In this document: positions 53,926-64,000 of the stretch, piece after piece
Layout of the letters: every line of letters starts with the position of its first letter
Position numbering within the stretch: the stretch's first letter is position 1
Source of the DNA: Myxococcales bacterium
GTDB taxonomy: Bacteria; Myxococcota; Myxococcia; Myxococcales; Myxococcaceae
Reading direction: 5' to 3'
Length of the DNA: 64,000 nt
Assembly (NCBI GenBank): GCA_030693825.1
Contig: JAUXZV010000023.1
Span: 38,984 to 102,983 of the forward strand
Notes under the pieces: model-generated
The model's database searches: none
Seen by the model: only the letters and a program-made list of their open reading frames with translations
What the model was told of the DNA's origin: nothing
Translations under genes and position numbers: made by a program

Positions 53926-56868
53926 CTACGCGAACAACTCCAGCAGGTCGTCCTTCGTCAGCGCGCCGGCCGACTGACCATCTCCGAGCGCTGCTTCGAA
54001 CAGCGCACGCTTCTTGTCCTGCAACGTGAGGATGCGCTCCTCGACTGTTCCCTGCGAGACGAGGCGATAGACGAACACCGGCTTGTCCTGCCCGATGCGG
54101 TGCGCCCGGTCGGCGGCCTGGGCTTCGACGGCCGGGTTCCACCACGGGTCGACGAGGAAGACGTGATCCGCCGCCGTGAGTGTGAGGCCGGTGCCGCCCG
54201 CCTTCAGGGAGATGAGCATCACCGGCGGGCCCGCCTCCGTCTGGAACTCGGCCGTCACCTCGCCGCGATTCGGGGTCGAGCCGTCGAGCCTCGAGAAGCG
54301 CACGCCCGCCGCGGTCAGCTCGGGCTCGATGAGGTCGAGCAGCTTCGTCCACTGCGAGAACACGAGCGCCTTGTGCCCATCGGCCACGGCCGTCGCGAGC
54401 GCATCGACGAGCGTCTGCACCTTCGACGAGGTCTTCGCCAGCTGGCCTGGAATCAGCGCCGGGTGACACGCGGCCTGACGCAACCGCAGCAGCGCCTCGA
54501 GCGCCTTGAGCACGCTCCCGCCCTGGCCGAGCAGCTTCACCACCTCATCCTTCGTGGCAGCGAAGATGGCGTCGTACGTGGCGCGTTCGCGTTCATCGAG
54601 CGTCACCGTGCGCACCACCTCGGTGCGCGGCGGCAGGTCCTTCGCGACGTCTTTTTTCAACCGGCGCAGGACGAACGGCTTGAGCCGCTTCCTCAACTCG
54701 AGCCTCGCGGTGGCGTTCCCCTCGGCGATGGGGCGCGCGAGCGTCTCGTCGAACTGACGCCGGCCACCGAGCAGACCCTGGTTGCTGAAGTGCATCAGGC
54801 TCCAGAGTTCGTCGAGGCGGTTCTCGACGGGCGTTCCCGACAGCGCGAGCCGGAACGGAGCCTTCAGCGCGAACGATGCCTTCGCCGCCTGGCTCTCGGG
54901 GTTCTTGATGTTCTGCGCTTCGTCGAGCACCAGCGCGCTCCACTCCCGCGCCTGCAGCTGCACGAGGTCGAGCCGCAGAATCGCGTACGTCGTCACCGTC
55001 ACGTCGACGTCGTCGAGGGCGCGGTTGGGCCCATGGTACGCGTTGACGGTGAGCGAGGGCCTGAAGCGCTTGAGCTCGGCGAGCCACGTCGGCAACACGC
55101 TCGTCGGGCACACCACCAGCGACTTCTTCCCCAGCACGCACGCCGTCTGCAGCGTCTTGCCCAGGCCCATGTCGTCGGCCAGCACGCCACCCAGGCCCGC
55201 GCGCTGAAGGAACTGGAGCCACGCCACGCCCTGCACCTGGTACGGCCGCAGCGTCGCGGTGAGGTCGGCGGGGAGCGTGGGCTCAGGCAGCGACTCGAAC
55301 CCGTCGGCCAGCGGCTTGAGTCTGTCGAGGCCCAGCGGCGTCGGCTGCTCGAGCGAGTCGCAGAGCTCGGCGAGGCGGGGGAGCGCGTGGTTGGCGAGCG
55401 TTCCGTTCTCCTGCTTCGCGGCGAGCAGCGCAGCGATGCGGGCGCCCTGCGCTTCGAGGAACTCAGAGGGCAGCTGCGCCCAGCCACCACCTTCGATGGG
55501 CACCAGCCCGTAACCATCTTCCCAGGCCCGCAGCACCGCGGCGCCGTCGACCTGCGTCGGCATTCCGGCCGTGCCACCCACCAGCTCGAAGTCGAAGGAG
55601 AACGCGACCGACGGCACGCCCGCGCCGGTCCGGTCGTCGAGCTTCATGCGGGGAATGAGCTTCAGGTCGGGGCTCAGCTTGCGCGCCGCATCGCCCGTCA
55701 ACCCGCCGCGCCACTTTCGCAGCGAGTCGGCGAACCGAATGGCTTCGGGACCGTTCACCGTCATGCGCCGACCAGGCACGAGGTTCAGCGTGTCGCGCAG
55801 GTGATGAAGCAGCCGCTGCTCCTGCGCTTCGTCACGAACCGGCACCGGCCCCCGCAAGTACACCATGCGGCCTGCGTCGATGCGCACCGTCGGCGGCGCG
55901 CCGTAGACGAGCGTCGGGAGCACCGAGAGGCCCTGCTCCAGCTGATTGACCTCGAGCACGACGCGCGGCTCGAGGCGCGCGTCGACCCGTGGCAACCGCG
56001 AGCTCGTGACCTCGACGGAGAAGCGGCGCGCGAGCTCCGGCACCACGGTCGCGCTCACCTCACCGGCCTGCGCCGCCGAGAACGTCTTCACCACCGGCAG
56101 CTTCTCGAGCCACGCGCCGGTGAAGGACTGCTCCCCGAGGCGGAAGAGCGTGTCACCCGCGACGGCGACGCCGGCCCCGAGCACTTCGGTCACGCGTGAG
56201 TCCTTCGCGACCGTCACCACGATGCTGTCGGCGTCGTCCTTCACCGTCACGCGTGGGAGCAGCAGCTCCGAGGCGATGGCCACCGGCCGCCCATCGAGCA
56301 GCACGGTGCGGCTGGGCTGCAACACGCCGAGCACTGCGTCGACCCGCTCGGGCGGCAACGCGAGCCGTGTCTTCTTCTCGAGCAGCCGGTCGGCCTGAAG
56401 GTCGTGCTGCTCCACCTGCAGCCGTTTCGCGGTGGCCGGGTTCGCGAGCGCCGCGGCGAGTGAGTCGAGCGGCGTCTCGACGCCCTCGGGCGTCACCACG
56501 GCGCGCTGAACCTGCAGCCCGCTCTCGACGCGCACGATGCGGTAGACGACGCGCGAGTACCGGCTCTCGACGGACGCCAGCGTGGTGCCCGACTCGGCCG
56601 CTTCTTTGAGCGTGATGGCCGCAGCGACCGAGTGCTCGCAGGGGTCGACCGGCGCCGGGCAGTTGCACTCCCACGACGAGTCCTTCGGCGTGAGCACCAC
56701 CGTCCAGGGCACTGGCCGGCCGCCTGCCTTCACGCGCAGGACGATCTCGGTGCCATCGGTCGACTCCTGCACCACGGCGCCCGCGCGCGCGAGCTTCACG
56801 CCGTTCGACCAGACGCCTGGCTTGGCTTCTCCGCGCACCGCCTCGAGTAACGTCACCGCATCCGACAT
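53926..56868 (-). CDS. SNF2-family helicase with N-terminal SWIM zinc finger
   Basis: 980 aa. The SWIM C-x-C-x(n)-C-x-H motif ([14 protein letters not shown]) is present. The SNF2_N domain carries the DEAQ box [11 protein letters not shown] and the ATP-binding motif [11 protein letters not shown] helicase-C domain ([21 protein letters not shown]) follows. Confidence 0.9.
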   Translation of the reverse strand: MSDAVTLLEAVRGEAKPGVWSNGVKLARAGAVVQESTDGTEIVLRVKAGGRPVPWTVVLTPKDSSWECNCPAPVDPCEHSVAAAITLKEAAESGTTLASVESRYSRVVYRIVRVESGLQVQRAVVTPEGVETPLDSLAAALANPATAKRLQVEQHDLQADRLLEKKTRLALPPERVDAVLGVLQPSRTVLLDGRPVAIASELLLPRVTVKDDADSIVVTVAKDSRVTEVLGAGVAVAGDTLFRLGEQSFTGAWLEKLPVVKTFSAAQAGEVSATVVPELARRFSVEVTSSRLPRVDARLEPRVVLEVNQLEQGLSVLPTLVYGAPPTVRIDAGRMVYLRGPVPVRDEAQEQRLLHHLRDTLNLVPGRRMTVNGPEAIRFADSLRKWRGGLTGDAARKLSPDLKLIPRMKLDDRTGAGVPSVAFSFDFELVGGTAGMPTQVDGAAVLRAWEDGYGLVPIEGGGWAQLPSEFLEAQGARIAALLAAKQENGTLANHALPRLAELCDSLEQPTPLGLDRLKPLADGFESLPEPTLPADLTATLRPYQVQGVAWLQFLQRAGLGGVLADDMGLGKTLQTACVLGKKSLVVCPTSVLPTWLAELKRFRPSLTVNAYHGPNRALDDVDVTVTTYAILRLDLVQLQAREWSALVLDEAQNIKNPESQAAKASFALKAPFRLALSGTPVENRLDELWSLMHFSNQGLLGGRRQFDETLARPIAEGNATARLELRKRLKPFVLRRLKKDVAKDLPPRTEVVRTVTLDERERATYDAIFAATKDEVVKLLGQGGSVLKALEALLRLRQAACHPALIPGQLAKTSSKVQTLVDALATAVADGHKALVFSQWTKLLDLIEPELTAAGVRFSRLDGSTPNRGEVTAEFQTEAGPPVMLISLKAGGTGLTLTAADHVFLVDPWWNPAVEAQAADRAHRIGQDKPVFVYRLVSQGTVEERILTLQDKKRALFEAALGDGQSAGALTKDDLLELFA

Positions 56869-56986
56869 GGGGTGGCTCTACCAGCGCCGGCGCGGTCAGG
56901 GCCCTGTGAAATCGGTTGGGGTCGTTCGCGTTGACCGCCAGAGGTGTGGTTGAAAGACAACCGATGGCCGAAGCGACGCCGAGCCC

Positions 56987-57970
56987 ATGAACCCGCGAAT
57001 CCTCATCCTCATCATCGTCACCTCGCTCGGCTGCGGGCGCACGGAGTTGCTCCAGGCGCCACCTGTGCCCGACACCGTCGAGTCCATGACCAACGTGACC
57101 GTCGCCCCCGACGGCTGCCAGGTGGTCGCGACCGACGCGTACACGTTGGAGCCGTTCAAGCGGCAGCCCATCGACGTGCTGTTCGTCATCGACGACTCCT
57201 GCAGCATGGAGAACGACCAGGCGGCGCTGGCGGCGAACTTCGACGCCTTCTTCGGCTCCTTCAAGACGAACCAGGTCGACTTCCGCGTCGCCGCCGTGAC
57301 GACCGACATGGACGACGACACGAGAGAGGGCCGCTTCGCAGGGCCGGTCATCACCGACAAGACGGCGAACGCTGAAGAGGCCTTCTCGAAGCTGGTGAAC
57401 GTCGGCAGTGAGGGCAGCGCTCAGGAGCGCGCGCTCGGCGCGGCCCGGGCTGCGTTGTCCGAGCCGCTGCTGTCGAGCACCAACAAGAACTTCCTGCGAG
57501 ACAACGCCGACCTCGCGTTGATCATCCTCGGTGACGAAGACGACCAGTCGCCCTTCCCGTTGTCGGAGTTCGAGATGTTCCTGCGTGGCCTCAAGACCGG
57601 CGACCAGCGGCTGTCGGTGACGTCCATCGTCGGCCTCGACGGCTGTCTCTTCCCCGGGCTGGTGCGCGGGTGGCGGTTGGCGACGCTCCCCACGTTGTTC
57701 AAGCAGGAGGGCACGCTCGCGTTGTGCACCACCGACTACGTCAACATTCTCCGCACGACGGCCGGGCGACTGGTCAACCAGCGCTGCATCATTGGCCTCA
57801 AGCGACCGCTCGACCGAAGCCGGCGCGTGCGCGTCACCGTCAACGGCGCGCCGTCGACCTTCCGCGCGACGCCGCCCGACACCACGTACCCGCAGGGCAG
57901 CATCGAATTGGACACCTGCCCAGCGACGGGCGGCACGGTCGAGCTCGGCTACGACGAGTGCTGGCGCTGA
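56987..57970 (+). CDS. von Willebrand factor A domain lipoprotein
   Basis: MNPRILILIIVTSLGC lipobox. The MIDAS motif DVLFVIDDSCSM (DxSxS) is present. 327 aa. Confidence 0.7.
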   Translation: MNPRILILIIVTSLGCGRTELLQAPPVPDTVESMTNVTVAPDGCQVVATDAYTLEPFKRQPIDVLFVIDDSCSMENDQAALAANFDAFFGSFKTNQVDFRVAAVTTDMDDDTREGRFAGPVITDKTANAEEAFSKLVNVGSEGSAQERALGAARAALSEPLLSSTNKNFLRDNADLALIILGDEDDQSPFPLSEFEMFLRGLKTGDQRLSVTSIVGLDGCLFPGLVRGWRLATLPTLFKQEGTLALCTTDYVNILRTTAGRLVNQRCIIGLKRPLDRSRRVRVTVNGAPSTFRATPPDTTYPQGSIELDTCPATGGTVELGYDECWR

Positions 57971-57974
57971 GGCG

Positions 57975-58409
57975 TCACTCCATCAGCTTCTGCATCGACG
58001 CCTCACTGCGCTGCAGGCCCACGGTGGCCAGCACTGCGCGCGCCGACGGGTTCTTCGCCAGGACTGCGTCGACCGCGGCGCGGGGAAACGACACCACCTC
58101 GAGCTCCGTCACCGCCGTGACGGTCGCCTGGCGCTTCGAGCCCGAGAGCATCGCCTGCTCCCCGAAGAAGTGGCCGGCAGAGAGGCGACCGACCTCCTTG
58201 TCCTCGCCAAGGTCATCGAGCGACACCCGCGCTTCACCCTTCGCGAGCACGTAGAGCACGTCGCCTGACTCGCCTTCGCGGCAGAGGACGTGGCCCGCGG
58301 GGAACTTCTGGCGGCCCGAGCGTGAGAGCAGCTCCTTGCGGGCTTCGGGGTCGAGCGCCTCGAAGAGCTTCGACGCTTTGGCCAGCTGGGTGAGATCGAG
58401 GTCGCTCAT
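57975..58409 (-). CDS. Cyclic-nucleotide-binding domain protein (single cNMP-binding domain)
   Basis: 144 aa. The conserved Gly-Glu and Arg-x-Ala in GEGESGDVLYVLAKGE ... FGEQAMLSGSKRQATVTA are present. Confidence 0.8.
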   Translation of the reverse strand: MSDLDLTQLAKASKLFEALDPEARKELLSRSGRQKFPAGHVLCREGESGDVLYVLAKGEARVSLDDLGEDKEVGRLSAGHFFGEQAMLSGSKRQATVTAVTELEVVSFPRAAVDAVLAKNPSARAVLATVGLQRSEASMQKLME

Positions 58410-58439
58410 GAGGAACAGAGTCTACTCCCGACTCCGTCG

Positions 58440-59852
58440 TCACTCCTGCTTCAGCTTCTTCTTGAGCGTGTTGAGCGCGATGCCGAGCGCCTCGGCGGCG
58501 TGGGTCTTGTTCCCACCATGTGCGGCGACTGCGGCGGCGACTTCGTCTCGGGTGAGATCGGCCGGCCGCTTGCGAATGGCGGCGAACTGCGAGGTGGGCG
58601 CGACCTCGGTGTTCGACTCGCCGAGCACCTGCTCCTGCTCCTCGAGGTGCTTCCGGAGCGCCTCGACGCCGATGGTGAGCCGCTCGGTGTCGAGCCCGTG
58701 CGCGCGCCGCTCGGCCGCGAGTCGCTGCGCGGTGACGTTGATGACTCGCTCGAGCTCACGAATCTGTCCCGGCCAGCCCCGGGTCTGCAGCAGCGCGAGG
58801 CCTTCGGGGGTCACCTCAGCGTCGATGTTCTGCTTGGTGCGCAGGTTGGCGAGGAACTGGGCGACGAGCGTCGCGATGTCTTCCCGGCGCTGGTCGAGCG
58901 ATGGGATGGTGAGCGGGTCGCCGAGCAGGCGCTCGACGAGGTCGGGCCGGAGCGTCGTCTGTCGCAGCGGCGTCTTCGAGGCCGAGATGAGCCGGAAGCG
59001 CGGGGCCTCGGGCCGGTCATCGGCCGCTGCGCCCAACGGCGCGAAGGCCCCCGTGCCCTCGAGCACGTCGATGAGAAAGTCCTGCGCTTCGCGCGGCAGC
59101 GACTCGACCTCGTCGAGGAACAGCGTGCCGTTCGACGCCGCGAAGAACTTGCCGGGGCGCTCTCCCGTTGCGCCGGTGTACGCGCCCTTCACGTGACCGA
59201 GCAGCTCGCTCTGCAGCGCGGCGACGTCACGTGGCAACCGGCCGCAGTTGACGAGGATGAAGGGCCCGGCACACCCCGACAGCTCGTGAATGCGCCGTGC
59301 GGTGAAGGTCTTCCCCGTGCCAGAGGCGCCGAAGAGCACGACGGGCAGTTGGTGATGCGCGACGATCTGCACGCGCGCCTCGAGCGCACGGGCGGCCTCC
59401 GACTGGAGCGCCGACGGCTGCACCGCGCGGCCTTCTCTGACTGGCGCCGTCTCGAGCAGCACGATGCGCGACCGCTCGGTGCCCAGCAGCAGCGCGTCGC
59501 CGACCGACAACCCCACGGGCGTCGAGCCGCGCAGCTCGAGCATCACGTCGGGCCGGCCCTTCGGCGTGCGGAAGCTGCCGTTGCTCGAGGAGAGATCGCG
59601 GTACACCCACCGAAGCTGCGCGTCACACCACAGCCGGCCGTGCTGACGAGACACCGCGTCGTCGCTGAACACCACGCTCGAGTCGCCGCTGCGGCCGAAG
59701 ACGTACTCGACGTCAGGGTACAGCGGCAGCACGAGGGCCGGGTGGCCGCGCCGCTCGATGCGCATCGCGCGAATCATCGGGGGCGACAGGTCGTCGTCGG
59801 TCAACACCCGCAGCTCTCGCGTAATCTCACGGCTCATTCGCGCCTCGGTCAT
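58440..59852 (-). CDS. Sigma-54-dependent transcriptional activator with N-terminal FHA domain
   Basis: 470 aa. The FHA domain (YVFGRSGDSSVVFSDDAVSRQHGRL) is followed by an intact Walker A GASGTGKT, GAYTGA (a GAFTGA variant), Walker B LFLDEV, and a C-terminal HTH. Confidence 0.9.
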   Translation of the reverse strand: MTEARMSREITRELRVLTDDDLSPPMIRAMRIERRGHPALVLPLYPDVEYVFGRSGDSSVVFSDDAVSRQHGRLWCDAQLRWVYRDLSSSNGSFRTPKGRPDVMLELRGSTPVGLSVGDALLLGTERSRIVLLETAPVREGRAVQPSALQSEAARALEARVQIVAHHQLPVVLFGASGTGKTFTARRIHELSGCAGPFILVNCGRLPRDVAALQSELLGHVKGAYTGATGERPGKFFAASNGTLFLDEVESLPREAQDFLIDVLEGTGAFAPLGAAADDRPEAPRFRLISASKTPLRQTTLRPDLVERLLGDPLTIPSLDQRREDIATLVAQFLANLRTKQNIDAEVTPEGLALLQTRGWPGQIRELERVINVTAQRLAAERRAHGLDTERLTIGVEALRKHLEEQEQVLGESNTEVAPTSQFAAIRKRPADLTRDEVAAAVAAHGGNKTHAAEALGIALNTLKKKLKQE

Positions 59853-60034
59853 GGGCTCTCCCGGTCAGCTTGTCAAAACTGACTGGCACGGTGTGAATGC
59901 CAGTCAGCGCCACGACCCAAGCCATCGGAAAGACAGTTGGGGTAGAGGTCGACGGAAGGACTCAGCAACCTTCAGGCCGGGCCTCTGACGAACACATGAC
60001 ACTCCCTCGGAGACCCGGCGCTACCTCCGCATCC

Positions 60035-60987
60035 ATGGCCTCCAGACGGCAGGTCCAATGGCTCGACATCGCGCTTCTGCTCGGAGCGCTGGCGGTCATC
60101 GGGGTGCTCATCAGCTGGTGGAACGTCTTCAGCCGCCGGCTCATCGGCGAGAACCTGCAGCTGCAGGAGCAGGTCGCCGTGATGCCGCCCGAGCAGGCGC
60201 TGGAGCGGGCGCAGCGGCTCGAGCTGATGATCGTCGGCGAGTCGGCGGTGCTGGCGTCGATGCTGGTCGCGCTCGTGATCGGGCTGTGGCTCGTCGCGCA
60301 GGAGCGTCAGCGGCGCACGCAGCAGATGGCGCGGCTGCTCCAGTTCACCGGCCACGAGTTCAAGACGCCGGTCGCGGGCCTCAAGGCGCTGCTCGAGGCG
60401 CTCAAAGCAGGCAAGGTGCCGGCCGACGCGCAGGCCCGGTTGCTCGACCACGGGCTCCAGGCGTGTGACTCGCTCGAGCACCTCACCGACTCGATGCTGG
60501 TGTTGCAGCGCAGCCGCGCCATCGACCCGCGCGCGCTCGGCCAGGAAGACGCGATGAGTCTGGTGTTGAACATCGTCGACCATCGGCGCACCGCGCACGT
60601 CGGTGAAGAGGTGCGCATCGGCGATCTCGAGAGCTGCCTGGTGCGCGCAGACCGCGACGCCGTGCGGGTGGTGCTCGAGAACCTCTTCGACAACGCGCGC
60701 AAATACGGCGGCGCGAAGACGACCGTCACCAGCGTCGCCGAAGGTGAACGGCTGCGCATCTCGATCGCCGACTCAGGTCGCGGCTTCGTGCCTGCAGACG
60801 CGGAGCGGTTGTTCGAGGTCGAGCGCGCGTCGTCAGGCGAAGGCGTCACGCACGGCAGCGGCCTGGGCCTGCACTTGTCGCGGCAGCTTGCGCGCGCGAT
60901 GGGTGGAGACCTGGTGGCCGAGAGCGAAGGGCCGGGGAAAGGCTCGGCGTTTCATCTGTGGCTGACCCGCGTTCCCGAGGTGCGCTC

Positions 60988-60991
<4 letters not shown>
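60035..60991 (+). CDS. Sensor histidine kinase (two TM helices, HisKA plus HATPase_c)
   Basis: Start at MASRRQVQWLD. The H-box is FTGHEFKTPV, with N and G boxes (NLFDNARKYG, GSGLGLHLSRQLA). The stop overlaps the downstream response regulator start (ATGA). Confidence 0.8.
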
Positions 60992-61686
<695 letters not shown>

Positions 61687-61740
61687 CCCTCGACAAACCG
61701 ATGACGTGCGCTCCGTCGGCCATCGTGTACGGAGGCGGGC

Positions 61741-64000
<2,260 letters not shown>

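Overview
This is a high-GC (~70%) chromosomal window that looks like a Myxococcota (Polyangia-type) genome. It is densely coding on both strands, with about 55 protein genes. I found no rRNA, tRNA, CRISPR array, transposase or integrase.

Housekeeping and metabolic genes include:
- an SCP2-type thiolase
- ackA, co-operonic with a pta that carries an N-terminal MaoC-like domain
- a metal ABC-3 uptake operon with an MBL-fold hydrolase
- an acyl-CoA synthetase
- an XdhC-family protein with no xdhAB nearby
- a second elongation-factor-G-like GTPase

Regulators include:
- an ECF sigma factor with a DUF1109-type anti-sigma factor
- two sigma-54 activator-like proteins: one intact with an N-terminal FHA domain, and one PocR-like protein whose ATPase motifs are degenerate
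- an OmpR-type histidine kinase / response regulator pair
- a Ser/Thr kinase
- a cNMP-binding protein

Myxobacterial envelope genes are abundant:
- an AgmX/PglI-like gliding-motility protein
- several PEGA-domain and TPR proteins
- Cys-rich repeat lipoproteins
- a vWA-domain lipoprotein
- a partial PD40 plus M28 peptidase at the window end

Three gene sets stand out as unusual:
- a complete bacterial homolog of the eukaryotic major vault protein (MVP) at 30837-32987
- a split PSCyt1(CxxCH) / DUF1549-DUF1553 / DUF1501 operon
- an ABC exporter with two ABC-2 permeases fused to gluzincin-like (HExxH) extracytoplasmic domains

There are also structural oddities:
- a family of four ~48-bp conserved non-coding elements, two of which flank a frameshifted nudC
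- a decayed region at 48.8-50.3 kb containing a pseudogene remnant that reads in three frames and a duplication scar
- several tandem and inverted repeats in convergent intergenic regions
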